Program-made: the position numbers and the translations under genes
The notes under the pieces: generated by a model
Database searches by the model: none
Seen by the model: the letters and a program-made list of their open reading frames with translations, nothing else
What the model was told of the DNA's origin: nothing
Assembly: GCA_005792545.1 (NCBI GenBank)
Contig: SXRM01000249.1
Coordinates: 3,757 to 67,756, forward strand
Direction: 5' to 3'
DNA: 64,000 bases
Source of the DNA: Pseudomonadota bacterium
GTDB taxonomy: Bacteria; Myxococcota_A; UBA9042
Shown: positions 31,968 to 42,290 of the stretch, piece by piece
Numbering within the stretch: the stretch's first letter is position 1
Layout of the letters: the number at the start of each line of letters is the position of its first letter

Positions 31968-32615
31968 GTGGCGGCGTTGACGACCCTACAACTGCGCATC
32001 GTTGCGCTGGTGCAGTCGGTGGAGCCAGCGCCACTTCTGTTTGGGGGCGCCGCCATCTTGGCGCTGTACAGCGACCACCGGTTGACCCGCGACCTGGACC
32101 TGCAATGGCAGCCTTGTGACGACCTGTCGCAAGTGGCGCCGCAAGTGCAACGCGTGCTCACAGCGGCTGGGATTACATGGGCGGTCATCCAACGCTCACC
32201 GACGTTTGTGCGTCTTCGCGCGGCCCTCCACGACGAAGTCGTGCTCTTGGACCTGGTCGCCCACCCTGGCAGCGCACGAACCGACACCTGTCGTGCGATG
32301 ATCGGCGGCGTGCCTTGCCTGGCATTGACGCTGCAGGGGGCATTGATGGACAAGCTGGGCGCGTTGCTGTCACGGCAAGAGGGCCGCGATTTGGACGACA
32401 TCGCACACCTGCTCGCGGTCGGCGGCGATCTCGCTGCCGCCCTTGCCGCCGCCCCCAACCAGGATGCCGGTTTTTCGTGCATGACCGTTGCGTGGTTGTT
32501 GCGCGGCTGGCGCATGGAGGCCGTGGCGCTGGCTTCCGGATGGTCCCCCGCCAAGATGGCCGAAATGACCCTGTTTCGCGACCAGCTCGTCGAGCGGTTG
32601 GCGGCTAGCGTGTAG
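31968..32615 (+). CDS. AbiEii/AbiGii-family nucleotidyltransferase toxin (type IV TA-like)
   Basis: LFGGAAI..Y.DHRLTRDLD and DKLGAL..RQEGRDLDD motifs. Confidence 0.85.
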   Translation: MAALTTLQLRIVALVQSVEPAPLLFGGAAILALYSDHRLTRDLDLQWQPCDDLSQVAPQVQRVLTAAGITWAVIQRSPTFVRLRAALHDEVVLLDLVAHPGSARTDTCRAMIGGVPCLALTLQGALMDKLGALLSRQEGRDLDDIAHLLAVGGDLAAALAAAPNQDAGFSCMTVAWLLRGWRMEAVALASGWSPAKMAEMTLFRDQLVERLAASV

Positions 32616-32658
32616 GCTGACGCCGCTTTCTTGCACTTGGCCAGTTCCTTTGTCTCCG

Positions 32659-32873
32659 AGGCCACGCGGGCGCGCGCAAAGCCCTCGGGATCGCGCTCGG
32701 GCTTGCAGACCTTGACATGCCGCAGATAGCCGCGCCGCGCGGTGTCGCGGACGAACCGTTCGGGCAGGCCCAAGTGCATGCGGGCGGCGTACAGGTCCAT
32801 GCGGGCAGGGTAGCGCCAAACGAGGGGGTTGCCACGGGGCCGTGGGACGCGCCGCGGGCGGAGCAGGTGCAGG
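32659..32873 (-). pseudogene. Direct repeat copy 2: truncated duplicate of the J-domain gene 5' end
   Basis: ATG 32800: MDLYAARMHLGLPERFVRDTARRGYLRHVKVCKPERDPEGFARARVA, after which homology stops. Confidence 0.88.
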
Positions 32874-32985
32874 CGCGGGGCTCCGGTTGGTTCAACAGAA
32901 GGACAGCTGAGGCCCGCAGCGGATGGCATGCAGTGGGGGATGCTGAACCGGATCGGCAGAGCTCTGGTGTGTGCAGTGCTTGGCG

Positions 32986-33015
32986 TTGACACGTCTTGTC
33001 TTGCAGCGTTACGGT
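32986..33015 (+). promoter_or_regulatory. Putative sigma70 promoter of the teneurin-like toxin operon
   Basis: TTGACA (32986-32991), 18-nt spacer, TACGGT (33010-33015), about 70 nt before the AGGAGG-preceded ATG. Confidence 0.55.
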
Positions 33016-33094
33016 TGCGACGTTCACGGGCTGCTGCACTTGGTCATGCGGCGGTCGGCAGGTTGTGCCGTTGCAGGAGGCCCTGATGTGTAAG

Positions 33095-33105
33095 CCCCCC
33101 CCCCC
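33095..33105 (+). repeat. C11 homopolymer, candidate slipped-strand phase-variation tract
   Basis: AGGAGG (33075-33080), 5 nt, then ATG TGT AAG followed by 11 C. This frame stops at TGA 33119-33121; with 10 or 13 C it is in frame with the toxin ORF. Confidence 0.75.
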
Positions 33106-33122
33106 GGTTGACGTTTTCTGAA

Positions 33123-36100
33123 ATGTCCAGAATCGCTTGCTTGCTCGCGATTGCGCTTCTCGCCGCGTGCACTGTCGATGTCGCGGTGGCCCCGGACCGG
33201 GATAGTGGTGAGAGCGATCTCAAGGTGGCCGACTCTGGGTTCGCGACGAGATCGACAGCGCTGACCAATCCGGGCATCGAGCTCAAGTCGCAAGATCTCG
33301 CGACGATTGAGGTGGGCACGCAATCCGCTGTGGACGTGCCTGTCATTTTTGAAGTCGCCGTTGCGAACCCTAGCCCGATAACCGACGAGATTCGCTGCCG
33401 CCGAGACGGTCTGATCGAGACGGTGTACGGGGGCCTGCAAAGCGGCCAATTCACGCATACGTTTACTCAAGTGCCACGCGGCATGCATGACCTGGCGTGT
33501 TCGCTGTTTATTGGCGCCGACCTGGTCCAACGAGCGACGCGCCGCGTATTTGTTTCCGGCGACTGCACCGGCGGCGACTGCGACGATGGCAACCCCTGCA
33601 CCAACGACCCGTGCATCAATGGCAAATGCGTCTACGAGGCACTGCCAAACTGCTGCCTTTCCGACGATGCTTGTCCGAAGTCCCACACCTGCGTTCAGTT
33701 GACAGCGGGACCCAAGGTCTGCTCGCCTTGTGCGAGCGATAGCGTCTGCGACGACGGTGCCAACGCCGGCGGTACCGACTGTGCCCAAGACAAATGCAAC
33801 CTCGACGCAAGTTTAGGCCCCTACGCGCTTTGCGAACATCCGACCAACTGCAATACGGAGAGGCCACTACGCGGTTGCACTACCTTCACGGGCAACCTGG
33901 GCGGGTGGATAGGCCCCGCGGCGTTTTCGCACCAAGTCGCTGACCTTACAGGCTCTGCATCGCCAGGATCGGTGCGCTTCCAATCGGCGTCGTCCGACAA
34001 TGGGCCGTTTTGCCTGCGCTCACCCGAGTTTGTGGCACCGCCAGCCGGGCCGACAACGTGGACCGTGCAGTTCTGGCACAAGCTGGTGTCAGGGTCGCCA
34101 GTGACGTTATCGGTGACGCCGGTGTACCCGAACGCCGGCGGGTGGGCACAATCGTCTGCACCGCCCTGGACCAAACAAATCCCCGCCCCCGCCGGGCAGC
34201 CGGTGCTGGAGTCCATTGTTCCGGTGGACCCATTGGGCGGCGGCACAATCAAGCTCGACATCTGCGTCACTGTGGCTGGTGCCGCGGTTTGGGACCTGGA
34301 CGACGTCTGCATCGCTGCCGGCACTGCCCCGACGCTCGTTTGCAAGCCGATTGTGCACATGACCGCAGGCGGCAAGCGGACCGACAAAGTGTACGATTTG
34401 CATGCCCTGGGTGGCTCTGCCGGCTATCCATTGCAATTCAGTAAGCTCGCAGGGCCATCGTGGCTGGGATTCTACCCGGCGCTTTACGATGGCCACCTTG
34501 GGCAATGGCTGGCTAGCCCGGATCTGCGGTCGATGGCCAAGGAACAGGCTGGCTACCACGCAGTTACGATCCGAGCGAGCGATACTGTACTGCAAGCGCA
34601 GTGCACGACGAGCGCGAATATCCGGCATCCGAGCGGGCTACTGATCTGGGCGCCCGGGGCGCCGGACCATGCCTTTCAGCCTTTGCGCGATGCGGCGAAG
34701 GCGTTGGGTATGAGCTGGCTGGATACGCCGGCGCTTGCCAATGTCGGGGACCTATCGGCATTCCACACGATTATCGGCGTGTTGGGGATTGGCGTTGCTC
34801 CGCACTTCCCGTCTGCGCAGGAGGCTGAACGGCTGATTGCGCATTGGCAGTCAGGTCGGCTGGCCCTGGCTGGCAGCGCGTACTGGTCGGCGAATGACGG
34901 TGGCTGGTCGGCCAACCAAAAGGCAATGCGCCAAGCGTTTGGCACAACAGGCTATTCTGCCCCAGGCCAGCCCAACCTCGAACCCTCCGCTACTGGCTTC
35001 GCACTGCACCTCGACACCAACCAAGTCCCCGCAGCGCCACAACCCTATGCCATCAAGGAGGACGAGAACCTCTGGGCCAACAACGACCACCTGACCGTAA
35101 CCAATGCCGCCACGAGCTGCCTGCCGGTGTTGCGCGTCCAGCCGTTCACCGGCCCGGCCTTCTGGACCGAAATTGCGTGCGAGCACCAGGGCGGCAACCG
35201 CACGATCGCGATGTCCGCACCCTTCGGCGCGTTCAAGGACGCGCTGGGCCACGCCTCGACCGTCGAGCATGCCAAGCGGATCCTGCAGTTCCTGTCTAAC
35301 GGCTTTCCGCCGTGCGCGAGCAGTTCGGACTGCAACGACAACGATGCATGCACAACAAACGCTTGCGTCGACGGCAAATGCGACTTTGCCGCGCCGGTCA
35401 ACTGCAATGACGCCAACGATTGCACCGTGGACAGTTGCTCGAAAGACACCGGGTGCGCGCACTATGCTGACCCCAACGCGACATGCAACGACACCACGAC
35501 CTGTACCGGCGACGAACACTGCCAGGCCGGCGTGTGCATTACCGGCGGCGTGATGGCGTGTGACGACACCGACGGCAACCCTTGCACCTCGCCCTCCTGC
35601 ATTGCCTGGGTCGGTTGCGTCAACTTCAACAATGCCAACGCCTGCAACGACCAAAACCCGTGCACGGAAAACGACCCGTGCCAGGGCGGCGTCTGCGCTG
35701 GGGCGAACCAGACGGTGGCCGCGACCGGGTACTGCGCGCCCGACCCGATCGGCCCCCTGCCGCCGGACCCGACGGCACTTGCGCCTCCGTTGCCCACCAC
35801 CACCGTCACCTCGTTTTCGGCAGCCGTCGCCTTCCTGTGGTCCGGTGCCAATGCCATCCAGAAGCCGCTGCCGAATGCGGCGCCGCTGAACTTCGACCCC
35901 AGAGTCATCGCAGTCAGCCGCGGCAAGGTCATGCAGCGGAGTGGCAATGGCGTTGCGCCCCTGCCCAAGGCCAAAGTGTGGGTACCGGCGCACCCCGAAT
36001 GGGGCTACGTGCTGACGCGCATCGATGGCAGCTTCGACTTCGTGGCCGAGCAGGGCGCCGGTATCGTGGTCGAGTTCGTCAAGCCGGGGTTCTTCCCCGT

Positions 36101-39100
36101 TCATCGCAAGATCGACGTGCCCAGGCGCGATTACGTGGTGCTTGCTGAAGTTGTGCTGGTGCAGCCGGATCCGGTATCGAAAGTGTTGCAATTTCCGACG
36201 CCGCCCCTAGCGGTTGGTGCACTGCTGAGCTCTGTTGTCCAGGGCCCGCCGGGCAGCACCAAGGTCGACGACGGCCCACGCCAGACCATGCTGCTCGTGC
36301 CGCCCGAGACGACGGCGGTAGTCCATGGCCCAGGTGGCGCGCTGACCTCGCCGCCACAACTGACCTTGCGGGTGACTGAGTACACGGTCGGGCCAAATGG
36401 CCCGGCGGCAATGCCCGCAAATCTGCCGCCGGCGTCCGGCTATACGTGGTGTGGCGAGTTCAGCGCGGATGAGGTGATGGCGGCTGGCCCCAAAGCGTGG
36501 GTCGAGTTCGGCAAGCCCCTGTCGGTGTACCTCGACAACTTTCTGGATCTGCCCGTCGGTCGGACCGTGCCGCTCGGCTACTACGACCGCACCGATGCCG
36601 TGTGGAAGCAGCCGCGCCCAAAGACGGACGGCAATGGCAATGCGCTCGCCAAGACTGTCGGCAACGCGCTGGTTATCGCCGCCGGCATTTACCAAGGTGA
36701 ACTCAAAGTCTGGCTGACGCCGCCAACCCAGGGCCTGGCCACGCCTGGCTTGCCCAATGCGCTCCTTGACGCGATGGGCATGGCCGCTTGGGAACGTGAC
36801 GCGCTCAAACAGCGACTCCAGATGTTGCCCGGTGGCGCGCCTGCTCAGCCCAAGTCGTTCTGGCGCTTTCAGATTGACCACATGACACCTTGGGATGCCA
36901 ACCTGGGCTATTCCTACGTCGCCGAAGGTCCTACGGAAGACCCGCCAGGTATTTCGGGGCCGCCAGACGACACCGAAACGCCGACGTGCAAGAAAGGTTC
37001 GATCATCGAATGTGAAACGCAAGGCCTGGGCGAGGTCTTTCCCGTCGTTGGGACGCCGCTCGCGCTTCGCTACCAGAGTCGCCGCACGCCCGGTGGCCGG
37101 CAGCGGTTGGTGGAGGTGCCAGCGCCGACCGCGACCACGCCAGCGAAGGCGACCTCAACGGTCAACGTGGCCGGCCAGACCGTGCCACAGACCGGTACGG
37201 GCGGCTCGGGCGGCAAAGTGTTCCAGTGGGATGGCAAGGACGCGTTCGGACGCACGGTCAACGGTTACCAGCTCGCTGCGGCAACGACGACCTATGCCTA
37301 CAATAACAAGCGGATTACTGTCCCCATTTCCGAGGGTTCGATTGGTTTCTCGATCACGCTCCAGGACATCGCCATTTCTTTGGGGTGCACATGCGCGTCC
37401 GATGCGAGCGCCACGCTCACCTGCCACTACCCGGACGGCTCGCTATGCATGGCGATGGGCGGCACCGAGCCGACCTCGACCTTGGTCAAGTTCCCGCCGC
37501 CGCTATTCGGCACCCAGGCCGCGACGACGAAGGGCTTGGCGACCGTTGAAGTACCTGTGCTCGCCTTTAGCCCGAATCTCGCTCAGCGGACGAACACGCG
37601 CACGGTTCACAAGCGCATCGGCAACGTCGCCCCTGATGGCGACCTCGGCGGGCTGAGCCTGGGCGTGCACCATGTGTACGACCCTGGGTCACAAACCTTG
37701 GTGCTGGGCAGTGGCAAGGTGCGCAACCTGCCGACAAACAAGCTCACCGTGTCGTCGCACGCCGGGGCCGGGACCACGGCGTTGTCGACCGTGCTTGCGG
37801 AGCCGCCCGTGCCCATGGCGGGCATTGAACTGACCAACAAGATTGACGCGCTGGTGGTGACACCCCATGGTTACACCTACTTCGCCTCGGAAGGCAACCT
37901 CTATGAACTGAACCCAGCGGGTAACGTGCGCCGGGCCTGTCAGCAAGCAGGCGGCTTCGCAGTCAGGTCCCTCGCTCTTGCTGGCCCGATTACGCTGCTG
38001 GTCGGTATGCACAACAATCTGAACGGTGTGGTCCACAAGACACAGGTTGGCGCGGCATCCTGCGGCGGTGCGCCGGCCTACGGCAACGCAAGCGCCACCA
38101 GTGCCGGTAATTGGGGGCCTGCGAAAGACGCCAAGCTTCTGCCGTCCGCGCTGGCGGTCGCCCCAGACGGCGCAGTCTTCATCGCAGAGGGTGCTGAGGA
38201 CCCCGACATGCGCAAGGTTCGCCGGATCGATCCCAGCGGTGTGATTGCGCCGTATTTGGGCTCGGGCCTCGACCCGGATCTTTCGACTTCGTGTGAAGAC
38301 ATCGACCAGCCGGCGACCCAAGTTTGCATCGGCCGGCCCAGTGCATTGGCGGTGGATGGCGGCGGCAACCTGTTCGTTGGTACCGACACCGGGCGGCTCT
38401 TTTGGGTCAGCGGCGCAGATGGCCGCGTCCGTCGAATCCACGTCGAATTGCCTGCCACGCAAGCGGGCACAACCCTGCTCGGCCTGTATGCTGGGGCTAC
38501 CAATGTCATCGGCTACTGCCAGTTCGGCGGCAATGGCCAAGGCACTGTCAAGCTTGCCATGACCGGCCAGCCCGTTTCGGGCGTCTGGCGCCTGCTTGGC
38601 GCGGACCAGACGCTCGCAGCTGACAGCGGCGCCGCGCAAGTAGCAAACCTGCTCGGCGGCTCGGCCGGGGACCTTGCCATTTCCAACTGCACCGCCGTGG
38701 CCCACACCCCACAAGGCGATTGGTATGCCGCTGCGCTTGTCGACTACGTTGCGCAATCACGGCGGATCCTGCGCGTCACGCCCCAAGGCCAGGCTTGGAC
38801 CGGGGGCAACCTCTACCTGCCGTCCGAGGATGGTAGCGAGGCCTACGAATTCACTGCCGACGGCCGGCACGTAAGCACGAAAGACGCAACCACCGGCGCG
38901 ACCCTGTGGGCGTTTCAATACGACCCGCCATTCTCTGGCAAGTTGGTTTCCGTCACCGACGCCGACGGCATCCTCACCACCATCACGCGAGACGCCGCCG
39001 GCAAATCCGTTGCATTGTCGGGCCCGCCGCAGCAAGGCGCGATCACCAAGATCGCGCTCAACGACAGCGGTCTTGCCAGCAAGTTCATCAATCCGGCCGG

Positions 39101-42100
39101 CGAGACGACGACACTGGTCTATGAGACAGCGCAAGCCAAGCATGGGCTGCTGAGCAAGCTCATCCAACCGAGCGGCGACATCAGTACCTTTGCATGGGAC
39201 GACCGCGGTCGGCTGCAGAAGGACACCAATGCGGCCGGCCAGTACAAGCAGTTGGCTACGAACGAGACGGTCGCCGAAAACAAGGCCGTGACGACCGTGA
39301 CGACCAACCTCGGCCGCGTTACCACCTATGACACCAAGCACAACCCAGACGGCAGCAGCGAGCGCAAGACGGTCACGCCGGCCGGGCTGCTGACGCTCCG
39401 GCGCGAGTTCATCACGACCGCGTGGGTCATGGCCGATGGCACCGTCAAGCAAACAGCCGAAGCCGGCAGCCAGCGCGCCAACTACTTCCGCCGGGATCCT
39501 GATGGCACGGCGACCTGGCTGCGCAATGGCCCGGATACCCAGTGGGGCGCCGGGGGGCAGCAGCCTGTTGAGGCGTTTGTCTCAGTGCCTGCAATGCCCG
39601 CGGGCGAGACCTATGGGCCGGCGTTGTTGGCCCGCCAGTCGCGCGTTGAGGAGATCACCAAGCAAGCCGGTGGCCAGCCCGTGCCTCTGGTCAACCGGTT
39701 GGTGACCGACTCGATGGACGTGACGGACCTGGGCGTGCTCGGGTCAGTATCTTTCAAGCAAAAGGCCGAAATTGTCGCGGGGACGTGGCAGGTAACCTCA
39801 ACATCTGCCCAGAACCGCGTGGTGACCACCTATTTCGACGCCAGCTACCGCCCGGAGCGGACGGTTGTCTCCGGCTTGCCAGAAACCAAGACCGCCTACA
39901 ACACCGATGGCACCGTGGCGACGGTGACCACCACATCCGCGCTTGACCAGAACCAGGTGCGGACGGTGTCCTACACCTATGCCGGCGGCCGTGTGTCCAA
40001 GGTGACAGCGACGGGCACCATCTCAGGCACCACCAACACGACCACCGCTAGCGTGGAAATCGGCACCGATGCCGCGTGGCGCGTATCGAGCCAAAAATTC
40101 ACTGACGGCCCGACGATCACGTTGGCGCGCGCCGCCGCCGGCCGCCTTGCCGGCGTTTCGATGCCCAAGTCAGCGGTGGAACTCGAGCCGCCGGTGTACA
40201 GCTTCACGTATGGCAAGGCGGACCAACCGAAAAACGAAGCCTTGCCGGCGGTGGCGCCCAAGCAGGCGTGGCTGACACAGTTCGAGTACGACAACGACGG
40301 CAATCTTGCGAAGGCGACGCGGCCGGATGGCAAACAGGTCAAGTTCGAGCGCAATGGCCTGGCGCAAGTCGAGAATATTGAAGCGCCCAACGACGCCGAG
40401 CCCAACGACCCCGTTGTAACCACGGTTGCCCTCAAACCGGAGTACGACGCGGCGGGACGGGTCAAGAAAATCGCGCACAGCAAGTACGGTAGCTTGGGCT
40501 TCGCCTGGCGCGGCGTCCTCAACGGCCGTGAAACCTGGCTGGCGCCGGATGGCAACGACCCGCCCGGCAGTAACGGCCCAGCCGCCAATTGGAGCGTGCT
40601 GCGCGACTACGATTCCGCGCTGCGACTGCGCCGGGTTGGGGTGCTCAAGCCTGACGTGGCCGGCCTGGCCAACTACCATTGGGTGCACGCGTTCCTCGAT
40701 GGCGATGGCTTGCTGACGGGCTTGCAACTCAGGAGCGGCAACCTGGAGAGCCCGTACCCAGTCACAGTGGCCATGGGCACGTATGGTCGCGACGCTGCCA
40801 ATGGCCTGCTGACGGGTCGGTTGCTCGGCGCGGTGGCGGAGGCTCGCAGCTATGACGGGTTTGCCGATCCTTTGACCTACCTCGTTGAGATGCCAGCGAC
40901 CGCGCAGAGCCCGGCAACATTGCTGTACCGCGAGGACTACACCAAGCGCGATGGGCTGGGCCGCCTGATGGAACGAAAAATCAAGTACGGTGGCGTCGAC
41001 GACACTTGGACCTATACCTACGACGGGGCCCGAGGCTGGCTCAAGACTGCGCACAAGAACGGTGTTCTGGTTGGCGAATGGAAGTACGACGTCCGCGGCA
41101 ACCGCACGTCGTCGATGGAGAATGGCGTCACGACGACGGCAGCGTTTGACGTGCAGGACAAGCAACTGACCGCGGGCGACCGCACGTACACCTACGGCGA
41201 CGACCTTGGGCGGGTGACCGGCGAGTCGGAACCGGGCGTCGAGTCGCGCAGCTACACTTGGGATGCTGGCGGGCGGTTGGTCAAAGCCGTCCTCGTCAAG
41301 GACGGCGCGACTACGACCGTCGACTACGTGCTCGACGCTGCCGGTCGGCGTATTGGTAGGAAGCTCAACGGCGTGGTACAGGCCGGCTGGCTCTACGACG
41401 GCGCGCTGCGGCCGACGGCGCAGCTCGATGCCAACGGCAAGTTGGTGTTGCGGTTTGCCTATGGATCGCTGGGGCATTCGCCCGATGCCGCGGTCAAGTT
41501 CAACACTGAGACCGGTGCGGTCGCGGGCGTTTACTGGTTTGTGCATGACCAGGTCGGTAGTGTGGTGGCTGTGGTGGACACGGCGACAGGGGGCGCTGTC
41601 GAGCGGTGCAGCTACCAGCCGTGGGGCAAGCGAGATTGCGAACCGCTGCCGCCGCCGCCGTTCACGCATCCGTTCGGCTTCGCTGGTGGGCTGCACGACC
41701 TTGACACCGGGCTGGTTCGGTTTGGGGCGCGCGAGTACGACCCGCGGATCGGGCGGTGGCTGGCGCGGGATCCGATTGGGTTGGCGGGGGGGTGGAACCC
41801 GGCAGCGTACGTGGGCAATGACCCGATTGGCGCAACCGACCCAAGCGGACTGCGGCCGGATTTTGACATGGGCCCAATTGACCAGTGCCGCGCACTAGAT
41901 TCCGGCTGTCGCGAGGATTTCCTAAAGGTCGCCGAAGTTTGGGAAGCTATAGCAACAGTTCTGTTTTCAGGCCCACGGTGTGCCGGCCGTAGCCCTGGCA
42001 AGGATGGCTACGCCTTCTCGGGCCATCCTCGCGGTCCCTTGAAGGGCAGTACGGCGGGCCGCGGGCGGTCGAACTCGGGCAAAGGGGGTGGACCGGCTGG

Positions 42101-42290
42101 CCGGCCACCAGAGAAACTTACTGACTGGGAAGTCGACCAGTTGACGAAAGCCGGCCACCATCCCCATTCCTTGAAACCCAATTCCAAATACGATTTGTAC
42201 AAGGACGGCGACGGCAATATTTCGGTGCACCGGAAGGGCGGCAGCGGTGTCGGCGATCCAACTAACCTCAACATTAATGACTTCAAATGA
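33123..42290 (+). CDS. Teneurin-like Rhs/YD polymorphic toxin lipoprotein with Cys-rich stalk and Ntox33-like C-terminal toxin
   Basis: Lipobox LLAA-C; Cys repeats; teneurin-type segments (GYVLTRIDGSFDF, ETQGLGEVFPVVGTPLALRYQSRR, FQWDGKDAFG, LGGLSLGVHHVYD); NHL repeats; YD repeats; Rhs core ending DPIGATDPSGL; tip with HPHSLK and DLYKD. True start may be 33086. Confidence 0.9.
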   Translation: MSRIACLLAIALLAACTVDVAVAPDRDSGESDLKVADSGFATRSTALTNPGIELKSQDLATIEVGTQSAVDVPVIFEVAVANPSPITDEIRCRRDGLIETVYGGLQSGQFTHTFTQVPRGMHDLACSLFIGADLVQRATRRVFVSGDCTGGDCDDGNPCTNDPCINGKCVYEALPNCCLSDDACPKSHTCVQLTAGPKVCSPCASDSVCDDGANAGGTDCAQDKCNLDASLGPYALCEHPTNCNTERPLRGCTTFTGNLGGWIGPAAFSHQVADLTGSASPGSVRFQSASSDNGPFCLRSPEFVAPPAGPTTWTVQFWHKLVSGSPVTLSVTPVYPNAGGWAQSSAPPWTKQIPAPAGQPVLESIVPVDPLGGGTIKLDICVTVAGAAVWDLDDVCIAAGTAPTLVCKPIVHMTAGGKRTDKVYDLHALGGSAGYPLQFSKLAGPSWLGFYPALYDGHLGQWLASPDLRSMAKEQAGYHAVTIRASDTVLQAQCTTSANIRHPSGLLIWAPGAPDHAFQPLRDAAKALGMSWLDTPALANVGDLSAFHTIIGVLGIGVAPHFPSAQEAERLIAHWQSGRLALAGSAYWSANDGGWSANQKAMRQAFGTTGYSAPGQPNLEPSATGFALHLDTNQVPAAPQPYAIKEDENLWANNDHLTVTNAATSCLPVLRVQPFTGPAFWTEIACEHQGGNRTIAMSAPFGAFKDALGHASTVEHAKRILQFLSNGFPPCASSSDCNDNDACTTNACVDGKCDFAAPVNCNDANDCTVDSCSKDTGCAHYADPNATCNDTTTCTGDEHCQAGVCITGGVMACDDTDGNPCTSPSCIAWVGCVNFNNANACNDQNPCTENDPCQGGVCAGANQTVAATGYCAPDPIGPLPPDPTALAPPLPTTTVTSFSAAVAFLWSGANAIQKPLPNAAPLNFDPRVIAVSRGKVMQRSGNGVAPLPKAKVWVPAHPEWGYVLTRIDGSFDFVAEQGAGIVVEFVKPGFFPVHRKIDVPRRDYVVLAEVVLVQPDPVSKVLQFPTPPLAVGALLSSVVQGPPGSTKVDDGPRQTMLLVPPETTAVVHGPGGALTSPPQLTLRVTEYTVGPNGPAAMPANLPPASGYTWCGEFSADEVMAAGPKAWVEFGKPLSVYLDNFLDLPVGRTVPLGYYDRTDAVWKQPRPKTDGNGNALAKTVGNALVIAAGIYQGELKVWLTPPTQGLATPGLPNALLDAMGMAAWERDALKQRLQMLPGGAPAQPKSFWRFQIDHMTPWDANLGYSYVAEGPTEDPPGISGPPDDTETPTCKKGSIIECETQGLGEVFPVVGTPLALRYQSRRTPGGRQRLVEVPAPTATTPAKATSTVNVAGQTVPQTGTGGSGGKVFQWDGKDAFGRTVNGYQLAAATTTYAYNNKRITVPISEGSIGFSITLQDIAISLGCTCASDASATLTCHYPDGSLCMAMGGTEPTSTLVKFPPPLFGTQAATTKGLATVEVPVLAFSPNLAQRTNTRTVHKRIGNVAPDGDLGGLSLGVHHVYDPGSQTLVLGSGKVRNLPTNKLTVSSHAGAGTTALSTVLAEPPVPMAGIELTNKIDALVVTPHGYTYFASEGNLYELNPAGNVRRACQQAGGFAVRSLALAGPITLLVGMHNNLNGVVHKTQVGAASCGGAPAYGNASATSAGNWGPAKDAKLLPSALAVAPDGAVFIAEGAEDPDMRKVRRIDPSGVIAPYLGSGLDPDLSTSCEDIDQPATQVCIGRPSALAVDGGGNLFVGTDTGRLFWVSGADGRVRRIHVELPATQAGTTLLGLYAGATNVIGYCQFGGNGQGTVKLAMTGQPVSGVWRLLGADQTLAADSGAAQVANLLGGSAGDLAISNCTAVAHTPQGDWYAAALVDYVAQSRRILRVTPQGQAWTGGNLYLPSEDGSEAYEFTADGRHVSTKDATTGATLWAFQYDPPFSGKLVSVTDADGILTTITRDAAGKSVALSGPPQQGAITKIALNDSGLASKFINPAGETTTLVYETAQAKHGLLSKLIQPSGDISTFAWDDRGRLQKDTNAAGQYKQLATNETVAENKAVTTVTTNLGRVTTYDTKHNPDGSSERKTVTPAGLLTLRREFITTAWVMADGTVKQTAEAGSQRANYFRRDPDGTATWLRNGPDTQWGAGGQQPVEAFVSVPAMPAGETYGPALLARQSRVEEITKQAGGQPVPLVNRLVTDSMDVTDLGVLGSVSFKQKAEIVAGTWQVTSTSAQNRVVTTYFDASYRPERTVVSGLPETKTAYNTDGTVATVTTTSALDQNQVRTVSYTYAGGRVSKVTATGTISGTTNTTTASVEIGTDAAWRVSSQKFTDGPTITLARAAAGRLAGVSMPKSAVELEPPVYSFTYGKADQPKNEALPAVAPKQAWLTQFEYDNDGNLAKATRPDGKQVKFERNGLAQVENIEAPNDAEPNDPVVTTVALKPEYDAAGRVKKIAHSKYGSLGFAWRGVLNGRETWLAPDGNDPPGSNGPAANWSVLRDYDSALRLRRVGVLKPDVAGLANYHWVHAFLDGDGLLTGLQLRSGNLESPYPVTVAMGTYGRDAANGLLTGRLLGAVAEARSYDGFADPLTYLVEMPATAQSPATLLYREDYTKRDGLGRLMERKIKYGGVDDTWTYTYDGARGWLKTAHKNGVLVGEWKYDVRGNRTSSMENGVTTTAAFDVQDKQLTAGDRTYTYGDDLGRVTGESEPGVESRSYTWDAGGRLVKAVLVKDGATTTVDYVLDAAGRRIGRKLNGVVQAGWLYDGALRPTAQLDANGKLVLRFAYGSLGHSPDAAVKFNTETGAVAGVYWFVHDQVGSVVAVVDTATGGAVERCSYQPWGKRDCEPLPPPPFTHPFGFAGGLHDLDTGLVRFGAREYDPRIGRWLARDPIGLAGGWNPAAYVGNDPIGATDPSGLRPDFDMGPIDQCRALDSGCREDFLKVAEVWEAIATVLFSGPRCAGRSPGKDGYAFSGHPRGPLKGSTAGRGRSNSGKGGGPAGRPPEKLTDWEVDQLTKAGHHPHSLKPNSKYDLYKDGDGNISVHRKGGSGVGDPTNLNINDFK

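Noticed and set aside
31277-32873. Diversity-generating retroelement TR/VR pair
   Set aside because: Mismatches are not adenine-specific and no reverse transcriptase is present.
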